Source: an uncultured delta proteobacterium (lineage in GTDB: Bacteria > Myxococcota_A > Polyangia > Polyangiales > Polyangiaceae). Taken from it: a stretch of 64,000 bases of DNA. Shown piece by piece: positions 9,761-17,807 of this stretch (position 1 is its first letter; each line of letters opens with the position of its first letter). Made by a program: the position numbers and the translations under genes. Location: contig CAWKKR010000001.1 of the NCBI GenBank assembly GCA_963850305.1, positions 832,001-896,000 on the forward strand. Reading direction: 5' to 3'. The notes under the pieces are model-generated. The model did no database searches. It had not been told where the DNA came from and saw only the letters and a list, made by a program, of their open reading frames with translations.

Positions 9761-9790
9761 ACGTTACATTGCGACATGTATACTTGTCAC
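9761..9790 (-). promoter_or_regulatory. Candidate sigma70-type promoter with overlapping palindromic operator
   Basis: Minus strand GTGACA-N18-TAACGT ending 9 nt before the regulator ATG; near-perfect palindrome GACATGTATACTTGTC at 9773-9788; AT-rich patch in GC-rich DNA. Confidence 0.5.
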
Positions 9791-9800
9791 CCAGGAAACG

Positions 9801-10081
9801 CGCTCGCTAATCAAGGGGGTCTTGACCCCCGCGGCTTGCTTCGCTCGCTAATCAAGGGGGTCTTGACCCCCGCGGCTTGCTTCGCAACCGCTCCCCCGCC
9901 GCCTTCGGCGGGCTCGCTCCGCTCGCTAATCAAGGGGGTCTTGACCCCCGCGGCTTGCTTCGCAACCGCTCCCCCGCCGCCTTCGGCGGGCTCGCTCCGC
10001 TCGCTAATCAAGGGGGTCTTGACCCCCGCGGCTTGCTTCGCAACCGCTCCCCCGCCGCCTTCGGCGGGCTCGCTCCGCTCG
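9801..10081. repeat. Tandem array of 78-bp REP-like palindromic element (41-bp partial + 3 identical full copies)
   Basis: Units at 9842-9919, 9920-9997, 9998-10075; each has GGGGGTC-TT-GACCCCC and CCCGCCG-CCTT-CGGCGGG hairpins. Confidence 0.95.
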
Positions 10082-10137
10082 AATCCGGCGAACCCCGTTG
10101 CGCTTGCGGCCCTCTTTCGGATTAGCTGCGTCACCCG

Positions 10138-10932
10138 ATGCTTCAGAGCTTCGACGCTCAGGCGGCTTGGTTCGGCACTCGCGCGGGGCTCCCGGAACCC
10201 GTGAAGGAACGGATCGCAGACGCGATCCTCATCCTCGGACGGCTGACGCCAGCGCGCCACGTCATCGATGTGGGCGCGGGGACCGGCGAGATCGGGCTCG
10301 AGCTCGTCGCGCGGGGCGTCGGCTACCTCGGCATAGACGAATCCGACGCGATGCTCGGAATCTTCCGACGACGCGCCGCCGAACGGCATCTGACACCCTC
10401 CCTGCTCGTGGCGGATGCTCGCGACCGCTGGCCAGTGGCGGACGCCTCCCAGCACGTCGTGTTCGGCTCGCGGAGCCTGCACTGGCTCGCCGCGGAGGAC
10501 GTCGCCGAGGAGGCGCTTCGCGTCGCCGCGCCGGGCGGGGCCGTTCTCCTCGTCGGGCGCGGCGTTCACGATCCTGCGGGGCCGCGTGAGCGCGTCCGTC
10601 GAGCGATGCGTGAGGCTCTGCGCGAGGCGGGCTTCGAGGGAAGAAACGGCGGACGGAGCACCGTCAATCTCCTTTCTGCCTGCACGGCTCGTGGCGCGAC
10701 GCCGATCGAGACGCGGACGGTCGCGCGCTGGACCGTCCGGCGCTCGCCTCGCGCGGCCATCGACGACTGGCGCGGCAAGAGCGGCCTCGCCGGCATCGAG
10801 GTACCCCCGGCAGAAAAGAGCGCCATTCTGGCCCGCGTCACCGAGTTCGCCGAGAGCGCGTTCGCGAACATCGACGAGCCCATCGAATCCGAAGAATGTT
10901 ACACGCTCGAGGGCGCGACCCTGACCCCATGA
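10138..10932 (+). CDS. Class I SAM-dependent methyltransferase
   Basis: Motif I IDVGAGTGEIG, GIDESDAML, SLHWL, ALRVAAPGG. Confidence 0.88.
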   Translation: MLQSFDAQAAWFGTRAGLPEPVKERIADAILILGRLTPARHVIDVGAGTGEIGLELVARGVGYLGIDESDAMLGIFRRRAAERHLTPSLLVADARDRWPVADASQHVVFGSRSLHWLAAEDVAEEALRVAAPGGAVLLVGRGVHDPAGPRERVRRAMREALREAGFEGRNGGRSTVNLLSACTARGATPIETRTVARWTVRRSPRAAIDDWRGKSGLAGIEVPPAEKSAILARVTEFAESAFANIDEPIESEECYTLEGATLTP

Positions 10933-10954
10933 GCAAAACGGCGCCCGAGCCCGG

Positions 10955-11776
10955 ATGAAAGACGATCTGCTCACCGAGCTCGGGCATTCGCTCGTCACGG
11001 GCTCGCTCACGGACGACGAGCTCCTCGCGGAGACGCGCGGCCCGTCCATCATCAACATCTTGCCGGACGCGAATGTCCTCAAGATCGGCGGACAGAGCAT
11101 CATCGATCGCGGTCGCGCGGCCGTGTTCCCGCTGGTCGACGAGATCGCGGCGAACCTGAAATCCCACAAGATGATCATCGGCACGGGAGCGGGAACGCGC
11201 GCTCGCCACGCCTACAGCGTCGGGATCGATCTCGGGATGCCGACGGGCGTGCTCAGCGTCCTCGGGACGTTCGTGAGCATGCAGAATGCGCGGATGCTGC
11301 ACTACCTGCTCGCGAGGTACGGCATCCCGTTCATCGAGCCGGCGCAGTTCCCGCAGCTCCCCCACTACCTCGAGGAGCGACGCGCGGCGGTGTTCTTCGG
11401 CATGCCGCCCTACACGTATTTTCACCGGAACCCCGCGACCGGCCGCATCCCGCCGCATCGGACGGACACCGGCGCGTACCTCGTGAGCGAGGTGTTCGGA
11501 GCTCGGTCCATGATCTACGTCAAGGACGAAGACGGTCTCTTCACGGCCGATCCGAAGAAAGACCCCTCGGCGAAGTTCATCCCGAAGATCAGCGTCGAGG
11601 AGCTCGTCGCGCTGGATCTGGGAGACGTCGTGATCGAGCGCGCCGTGCCGGAGATGATGGCGAACGCGGAGCACATGAGAACCATCCAGATCGTGAACGG
11701 CCTGGTCCCCGGCAACCTGACGCGCGCCCTCGACGGCGAACACGTCGGAACCCTCATTTACGCGGACTCTCCGTAA
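10955..11776 (+). CDS. mosB: Molybdenum storage protein subunit (MosB-like; amino-acid kinase/UMPK fold)
   Basis: ILPDANVLKIGGQSIIDRGRAAVFPLVDEI, GTGAGTRARH, VKDEDGLFTADPK, VNGLVPGNLTRALDGEHVGT closely match recalled Azotobacter MosB. Confidence 0.85.
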   Translation: MKDDLLTELGHSLVTGSLTDDELLAETRGPSIINILPDANVLKIGGQSIIDRGRAAVFPLVDEIAANLKSHKMIIGTGAGTRARHAYSVGIDLGMPTGVLSVLGTFVSMQNARMLHYLLARYGIPFIEPAQFPQLPHYLEERRAAVFFGMPPYTYFHRNPATGRIPPHRTDTGAYLVSEVFGARSMIYVKDEDGLFTADPKKDPSAKFIPKISVEELVALDLGDVVIERAVPEMMANAEHMRTIQIVNGLVPGNLTRALDGEHVGTLIYADSP

Positions 11777-11787
11777 CCGGAGCGACC

Positions 11788-12603
11788 ATGGCCGACGATA
11801 GACATCACCTGCGCTCGCTCCTCATGCGGGAGAGCCTCGTCGACAAGGACGTGATCCGTTCCACGGACGGGCCCATCGTTCGCATGTTGCCCGACGTGCA
11901 CGTCGTGAAGATCGGCGGCGCGTCCGTCATCGACCGCGGCAAGGAGCGTCTGTTTCCCATCGTCGAGGTGCTCGGTCGCCTGCTCGGGCGGGAGCGCTTG
12001 ATCCTGGGAACCGGCGGCGGCGCGCGCAGCCGGCACGTGTTTTCGATCGGCCTCGATCTCGGGTTGCCGGTCGGCGTGCTCGCGGAGCTCAGCGGCGCCG
12101 ATGCACTCGGCAATGCGCACATCCTCGGAACCCTGCTCGCCCCGCTCGGCGTGGTGGCGATTCCGCCGGAAATGTTCGGGCACCTGCTGCCGCTCTTCAT
12201 CACCGCCGCTCCCGGCGTCATCTTCAATGGCGTGCCCCCTTACAAGCTGTGGGAGCACCCGCCGCGCATCGGACGCATCCCGCCGCATCGCACGGACGCC
12301 GGATGCTTCCTCGTCGCGGAATCCTTCGGCTGCAAGACGCTCACGCTCGTGAAGGACGTCGATGGCCTTTACCTGGAAGACCCGAAGAAGAATTCGTCCG
12401 CGCAGTTCATCCCCGAGATCGGGGTCCGCGAGCTGCGTGCAAAAAAACTCAAGACGTTGCCCTTCGACGCCGTGCTCCTCGAGCTACTCGAAACGGCGCG
12501 GCTCCTCGATCGCTTTCAGATCGTGAACGCGTCGAAGCCCGAGCTCATCGAGCGGGCCCTGGCCGGCGAACGAGTCGGAACGATCGTCCACAAGGACGGC
12601 TGA
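11788..12603 (+). CDS. mosA: Molybdenum storage protein subunit (MosA-like)
   Basis: Paralog of preceding gene; N-terminal HLRSLLMRESLVDKD and RHVFSIGLDLGLPVG, RIPPHR match recalled MosA. Confidence 0.78.
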   Translation: MADDRHHLRSLLMRESLVDKDVIRSTDGPIVRMLPDVHVVKIGGASVIDRGKERLFPIVEVLGRLLGRERLILGTGGGARSRHVFSIGLDLGLPVGVLAELSGADALGNAHILGTLLAPLGVVAIPPEMFGHLLPLFITAAPGVIFNGVPPYKLWEHPPRIGRIPPHRTDAGCFLVAESFGCKTLTLVKDVDGLYLEDPKKNSSAQFIPEIGVRELRAKKLKTLPFDAVLLELLETARLLDRFQIVNASKPELIERALAGERVGTIVHKDG

Positions 12604-12687
12604 CGCGCGGACCTGGTTACGTTCCTACTGGACGACCCGATCGGCTCCCGAAATTGCAGCCCCGACAAAAATCGGGACTCGACTTGG

Positions 12688-12960
12688 GCGATCCCGCCTT
12701 GCCGGCAAGGACGGATCGCTCAGCTCAAGCGATCCCGCCTTCCCGGCAAGGCCGATCCGCTCAGTTCAAGCGATCCCGCCTTCCCGGCAAGGCCCCACTC
12801 GCTCAACTCAAGCGATCCGTCCTTCCCGGCAAGGCCCCACTCGCTCAACTCAAGCGATCCGTCCTTCCCGGCAAGGCTCCACTGGCTCGAATCAAGCGAT
12901 CCGTCCTTCCCGGCAAGGACAGATCGCTCAGCTCAAGCGATCCCGCCTTCCCGGCAAGGC
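12688..12960. repeat. Tandem array of seven 41-42-bp degenerate palindromic units
   Basis: Core GCGATCC(CG/GT)CCTT(C/G)CCGGCAAGG repeated 7 times; consensus close to perfect palindrome GCGATCCGTCCTTGCCGGCAAGGACGGATCGC. Confidence 0.9.
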
Positions 12961-12968
12961 CCCCTTGG

Positions 12969-13042
12969 TTAGCGAGCGGAGCGAGCCCGCCGAAGGCGGC
13001 GGGGAGCGGTCGCGAAGCGAGCCGGGGGGCAAGGCCCCCTTG
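12969..13042. repeat. REP-like 78-bp family copy, inverted orientation
   Basis: TTAGCGAGCGGAGCGAGCCCGCCGAAGGCGGCGGGGAGCGGTCGCGAAGCGAGCCGGGGGGCAAGGCCCCCTTG is the reverse complement of the 9842 unit with a few changes. Confidence 0.9.
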
Positions 13043-13172
13043 GCTCAGCCAGGCCGGTTCCAGAGTCGCGAAGATACGGGTAAGATCCGTACCGCACGGT
13101 AACCGGACCGCCGGACGGAGCACACATCGTGCTGCGCCGCGGCGCTGCTGCTCCCTCTTACGTCCTTACGTC

Positions 13173-16100
13173 ATGAAGCGCGTCACCTCCTTACTAGCCT
13201 CGGTCGGATTCCTCGCTTCCTACGCGGCCTCGGCGAGTGCCCAGGTGTCCGTCACCCTGTACCCATCCCAGGACACGACGATCTACAGCGATTCCGTGAA
13301 CGCGGACGACGGCGGGGGGAGCACGATCTACGCGGGCGTCAATGGCTCCGGCGGGTCGCGTCGGATCCTGGTCGAGTTCAACGTGGGTTCGATACCCAGC
13401 GGCTCCTCGATCCAGAGCGCGACGCTGTGGCTCTACTGCACAACCGTTCCAAGCGCGCCAGTCGACGAGACGCTCTACGCCCTCCGGATCACCAATAGCT
13501 GGGGAGAAGGCGGCGATACCAGCGGCGGAAGCGGTGGAACGACCGCCGGTGGCGGCGCCGCGACGTGGAACTACCGGTTCTACGCGTACTCGGCCTGGGG
13601 CAGCGCTGGAGCCGACGTTTATCCTTACGCAACGTCCGCCTGGACCGAGGACGGATCGACGGGGTGGAAGTCCTGGCCAAACATGCAGGGCGATGTGTCG
13701 GCCTGGGTGAACGGTACGGACGGCAACTACGGCTGGATGATCTACGACTACCCCGGGAACGACTACACGGCGCGCGCGTTTTACTCCCGCACGGGGGCCA
13801 CTCCGCCGGAGCTCATCATCTCCTATTACAAGCCGCTCGGCGCGACGTGCAGCGCGAGCTCGCAGTGCGGGAGCGGCGCTTGCACGAACGGATATTGCTG
13901 CAACGTCTCGAGTTGCCCGGCACAGAACGAGTGCCAGTCTTCGGCGCCGACCTGCGGACCGTCCGGAACGTGCAGCAATCCCGCGGTCGCGAACGGGACG
14001 GCGTGCAGCAGCGATGGCAATCCCTGCACGATCGATGAATGCATCGGGGGCGCGTGTAGCCACCCCGCAGCGGGCAGCATCACCTGTCCGGACGATGGGA
14101 ACCCTTGCACGAGCGACGTCTGCAGCGGCACCAGCTGCACGCACCCGGCAGGCAATGACGGAGCAGCGTGCGCGGCCGATAGCGACCCTTGCACGAGCGA
14201 CATCTGCAGTGGGGGGGCATGCACGCATCCCGCCGGAAACGACGGGGCGACCTGCGACGACGGCAACGCCTGCACCCAGGTCGACGAGTGCTCCGGCGGA
14301 ACCTGTCAGGGCTCGAGTCCGGTCTCTTGCTCGGCGCTGGACGAATGCCACACGGCCGGCACCTGCAACCCCTCGACCGGGATTTGCTCGACGCCGACCA
14401 AGTCCGACGGCACGGCGTGCACGGCCGACTCGAACCCCTGCACCCTGGACGAGTGCCTGAGCGGCACGTGCTCGCACCCCGCCGGCAATTCGGGCATGGC
14501 CTGCGCGGACGACGGGAACGAGTGCACGAGCGACACCTGCGACGGAACGCACACCGTCTGCGAGCATCCGCCGAAGAGCTCTGGCACGGCCTGCACGGCC
14601 GACACGAACCCGTGCACCCTCGATCAATGCGATGGCGCAGGGACCTGCGCGCATCCCGCCGGCAACGCGGGCACGCAATGTAGCGGCCCGAGCTGTGCGT
14701 GCCCCGGGGGTCCGTGCACGGCGACCCTGGCCTCCACCTGCAGCGGAACCAGCACGACCTGTCCGACTGCCGGCACCGTGTCCTGCGCCGGCGAACTCTG
14801 CTCCGGAAATGTGTGTGCGGGAGGGTGCAGCAAGGACACGGATTGCAGCGCAGGAAACTTCTGCCTCGGTGGCAAGTGCACGAGCACCCGGGCCAATGGC
14901 GACCCGCTCGGCTGCTCCGCGGACGACTACTGCACGAGCGGCAACTGCGTCGACGGCTATTGCTGCAACACGGCCTGCGCCGGGGGAACGACGGACTGCC
15001 AGGCGTGCAGCGTCCCGGGTAAGCTCGGGACGTGCTCGCCGATCCCGGCCAAGACCCCGTGTCGCGCGGCGAACGGCGTTTGCGACGCGGCGGATAGCTG
15101 CGACGGCACGAACACCGCGTGTGTGGACTCGAAGCTGCCGAGCGGCACGGCTTGCCCCGACGACGGGAACGAGTGCACGAGCGATACGTGCGACGGCACG
15201 GACAACGCTTGCCAGCACCCGAACAAGAGCGCCGGCACCGCGTGCACGGACGACGGCAATCCCTGCACCACGGACACTTGCCAGGGCGGCTCGTGCAGTC
15301 ACCCGGCGGGGAACGCAGGGACCACGTGTCGCGGCCTGAACGGAACCTGTGATGTCATCGAAACGTGCACGGGTTCGAGCACCAGCTGCCCCGCGGACGC
15401 GTTCAAGCCGGCGAGCACGGCGTGCCGGACCGAGTCGTGCGCGGGCGGCGTCCAGACGAACGCCGCCAACTGTTCCGGTACCGGACCCGCCTGTCCCGTC
15501 GCGACGACGGCCACGTGCGATCCTTACGTCTGCGGCCCCAACGCCTGCTTGACCGGCTGCACCACGGACGCCAATTGCATCAGCGGCGACTGGTGCAATC
15601 CGGGCACGAAGACGTGTCAGCCGAAGCTTGCCACGGGGATCGCCTGCACGACCGCGGACTCCTGCACGTCGGGCTTCTGCGTCGACGACGTTTGCTGCGG
15701 CAGCGCGTGCACCGGGCAATGCCAGGCCTGCGACGTCCCGTCGAAGCTCGGGGTGTGCACGCCGACCGTGGGAACGCCGCACGGCACGCGCGCGGCGTGC
15801 ATCAGCGACGGGTCGACGTGCGGCGGCGCGTGCGACGGCACCGTCGTCACGGGATGCCATTATCCCGCGTCGACGACCCAGTGCCGCGCACCGGCGTGCA
15901 TCGACGGCGAGGCCACGCTCGCCGCCAACTGTAGCGGAGCCGGCAAGTGCCCGGCCCTGCAAACTCAGGATTGCGGACAGTACGAGTGCGGCCCGACCGC
16001 TTGCCTCGGCAACTGCGCGAACGACGCGAATTGCGTCCCGGGCGACTTCTGCTCGGCGAACGTCTGCGTGCCGCGGATGACGGCGGGGCAAGCCTGCGGC

Positions 16101-17804
16101 GCCGACAACCAGTGCACGACCGGTCACTGCGTGGACGGCGTGTGCTGCGATCAAGCCTGCGGGGAACAGTGTGAGGCGTGCGACGTCGCGGGTTCGGCGG
16201 GAACATGCTCCCCGGTGTCGGGCCCGCCGCACGGTGCGCGGCGACAGTGCGCCAGCGACGGCAGCACCTGTGCCGGCGCGTGCGACGGCACCGTCGTGAG
16301 CGCCTGCGCATACCCGGGGAACGGCGTCACGTGTCGCGAGGGAGCCTGCGCGTCGGACAAGGCGACCGTGGTCGCGTACTGCACCGGGCAAGGGACCTGT
16401 CCGCCGGAGCAAGATCAGAACTGCGGACCTCAGTTTCACTGCGCGACCGGCGCCACACAGTGCGCCGGCAATTGTCACGTGGATACCGATTGCTCGTTCA
16501 ACCAGTATTGCTCGGCCGGTGTCTGCGTGCCGCTGCACTCGAACGGCGACCCGTGCGCGGGCCCGAACCAGTGCGCGTCGTCGTATTGCGTCGATGGGGT
16601 TTGCTGCGAGAGCGCGTGCGCGGGTCAGTGCGAAGCTTGCGACTCCGACGGCACGTGTTCGCCAGTGACGGGGGCTCCCGTCGGGATCCGACCGGCGTGC
16701 GCCACCGACGGCTCGGCCTGCGCCGGCACCTGCGATGGGACGAACGCCACCGGGTGCACGTACCCGGGTTCGAGCACGGCGTGTCGGAGCGCGAGCTGCG
16801 CCGCTGGCGTCGCGACGCTGCCCGCTTCCTGCAACGCCGCCGGCTCGTGCCCGATCCTGCAGCTCCAATCGTGCAGTCCGAATGCCTGTGCCGGAAGCCG
16901 GTGTGGAGGCGGGTGCACGAAGAACTCCGATTGTACGTCCGCGCAGTTCTGCTCGGGCGGCGTCTGCATCCCGCAGGTCGCGAACGGCAACCTCTGCGGC
17001 AACGACGGACAGTGCACGAGCGGGCATTGCGTCGACGGGTTCTGCTGCGACGGCCAGTGCAGCGGGCAGTGCGAGGCCTGCGACGTCGTCGGGTTCGTGG
17101 GGACCTGCACGACCGTGCCGCGCGGCTTGCCGCACGGCGGGCGTCCGTCCTGCCCCGGCGAAGGCGCCTGCGCCGCGACCTGCGACGGCGAGAGCGCCCA
17201 GACATGCGTGTTCCCCGGCAAGGAAAAGACATGCGGACTCGGGCTCTGCACTGCCGGCGTCGAGACGGATCCCTCGTCGTGCAATGGGCTCGGGACCTGC
17301 CTGTTCGCCGCGAGCAAGCTCTGCGACCCGTACGTCTGTGCACCCTCGACGACGGGTCTGTCTCAGTGCCAGACGTCGTGCACCCTGGACAGCGACTGCA
17401 TCGCGGGATTCACATGCTCGAACGGCGCGTGCCTCCTCGCGACCCCACCGCCGGATGCGGGACGCGACGCTGCGATCACGGACGCATCCGCGGGCGTCGA
17501 CTCGGGGTCCGGCGGCGCGACCTCCACGGACGCAGGCAAGTCCGCTGGCGGCGTCACGTCCGCCGGCGGCGTGACGTCGAGCGGAGGTCATTCGCAGCGG
17601 ACGGACGCGGGCCCACCGGATGCGGGCCGAACCGGCGGGGCAGGCGGGCGCCCGGCAATCTCCAGCTCGAGAGACAGCGGCGCATGCGGGTGCCGTCTGG
17701 GGGCCTCGGGCGAATCGACGCGCGGCGCCTGGTGTATCGTCGGCCTCGGCCTCCTGGTGTTCCGGCGCCGGCGGCGTGGCGGAACGCACGCACGCACGAA
17801 CTAG
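13173..17804 (+). CDS. Giant Cys-rich surface protein (1543 aa): signal peptide, DNRLRE-like N-domain, disintegrin/Dictyostelium-like Cys repeats, MYXO-CTERM anchor
   Basis: True start MKRVTSLL...ASAQ; DTTIYSD...RRILVEFNVGSIPSGSSIQSATLWL; many CxDDGNxCTxDxC and CVDGVCC repeats; tail GACGCRLG...LLVFRRRRR. Confidence 0.88.
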   Translation: MKRVTSLLASVGFLASYAASASAQVSVTLYPSQDTTIYSDSVNADDGGGSTIYAGVNGSGGSRRILVEFNVGSIPSGSSIQSATLWLYCTTVPSAPVDETLYALRITNSWGEGGDTSGGSGGTTAGGGAATWNYRFYAYSAWGSAGADVYPYATSAWTEDGSTGWKSWPNMQGDVSAWVNGTDGNYGWMIYDYPGNDYTARAFYSRTGATPPELIISYYKPLGATCSASSQCGSGACTNGYCCNVSSCPAQNECQSSAPTCGPSGTCSNPAVANGTACSSDGNPCTIDECIGGACSHPAAGSITCPDDGNPCTSDVCSGTSCTHPAGNDGAACAADSDPCTSDICSGGACTHPAGNDGATCDDGNACTQVDECSGGTCQGSSPVSCSALDECHTAGTCNPSTGICSTPTKSDGTACTADSNPCTLDECLSGTCSHPAGNSGMACADDGNECTSDTCDGTHTVCEHPPKSSGTACTADTNPCTLDQCDGAGTCAHPAGNAGTQCSGPSCACPGGPCTATLASTCSGTSTTCPTAGTVSCAGELCSGNVCAGGCSKDTDCSAGNFCLGGKCTSTRANGDPLGCSADDYCTSGNCVDGYCCNTACAGGTTDCQACSVPGKLGTCSPIPAKTPCRAANGVCDAADSCDGTNTACVDSKLPSGTACPDDGNECTSDTCDGTDNACQHPNKSAGTACTDDGNPCTTDTCQGGSCSHPAGNAGTTCRGLNGTCDVIETCTGSSTSCPADAFKPASTACRTESCAGGVQTNAANCSGTGPACPVATTATCDPYVCGPNACLTGCTTDANCISGDWCNPGTKTCQPKLATGIACTTADSCTSGFCVDDVCCGSACTGQCQACDVPSKLGVCTPTVGTPHGTRAACISDGSTCGGACDGTVVTGCHYPASTTQCRAPACIDGEATLAANCSGAGKCPALQTQDCGQYECGPTACLGNCANDANCVPGDFCSANVCVPRMTAGQACGADNQCTTGHCVDGVCCDQACGEQCEACDVAGSAGTCSPVSGPPHGARRQCASDGSTCAGACDGTVVSACAYPGNGVTCREGACASDKATVVAYCTGQGTCPPEQDQNCGPQFHCATGATQCAGNCHVDTDCSFNQYCSAGVCVPLHSNGDPCAGPNQCASSYCVDGVCCESACAGQCEACDSDGTCSPVTGAPVGIRPACATDGSACAGTCDGTNATGCTYPGSSTACRSASCAAGVATLPASCNAAGSCPILQLQSCSPNACAGSRCGGGCTKNSDCTSAQFCSGGVCIPQVANGNLCGNDGQCTSGHCVDGFCCDGQCSGQCEACDVVGFVGTCTTVPRGLPHGGRPSCPGEGACAATCDGESAQTCVFPGKEKTCGLGLCTAGVETDPSSCNGLGTCLFAASKLCDPYVCAPSTTGLSQCQTSCTLDSDCIAGFTCSNGACLLATPPPDAGRDAAITDASAGVDSGSGGATSTDAGKSAGGVTSAGGVTSSGGHSQRTDAGPPDAGRTGGAGGRPAISSSRDSGACGCRLGASGESTRGAWCIVGLGLLVFRRRRRGGTHARTN

Positions 17805-17807
17805 CGA

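Noticed and set aside
9762..9783. Canonical ModE box
   Set aside because: Only a partial match (CGTTACAT...ATGTATAC) and no modE in the window; reported as a generic operator instead
9801..10081. CRISPR array
   Set aside because: Units are identical over the whole 78 bp with no unique spacers; no cas genes
10955..12603. Uridylate kinase pyrH duplicates
   Set aside because: Same fold, but the motifs and the Mo context match Mo-storage subunits
12688..12960. CRISPR or mini-CRISPR array
   Set aside because: Variable parts are only 14-15 nt and related to each other; no cas genes or leader
12249..13172. N-terminal 308 aa of the 1851-aa ORF
   Set aside because: Overlaps mosA and reads through repeat arrays; the signal peptide starts at ATG 13173
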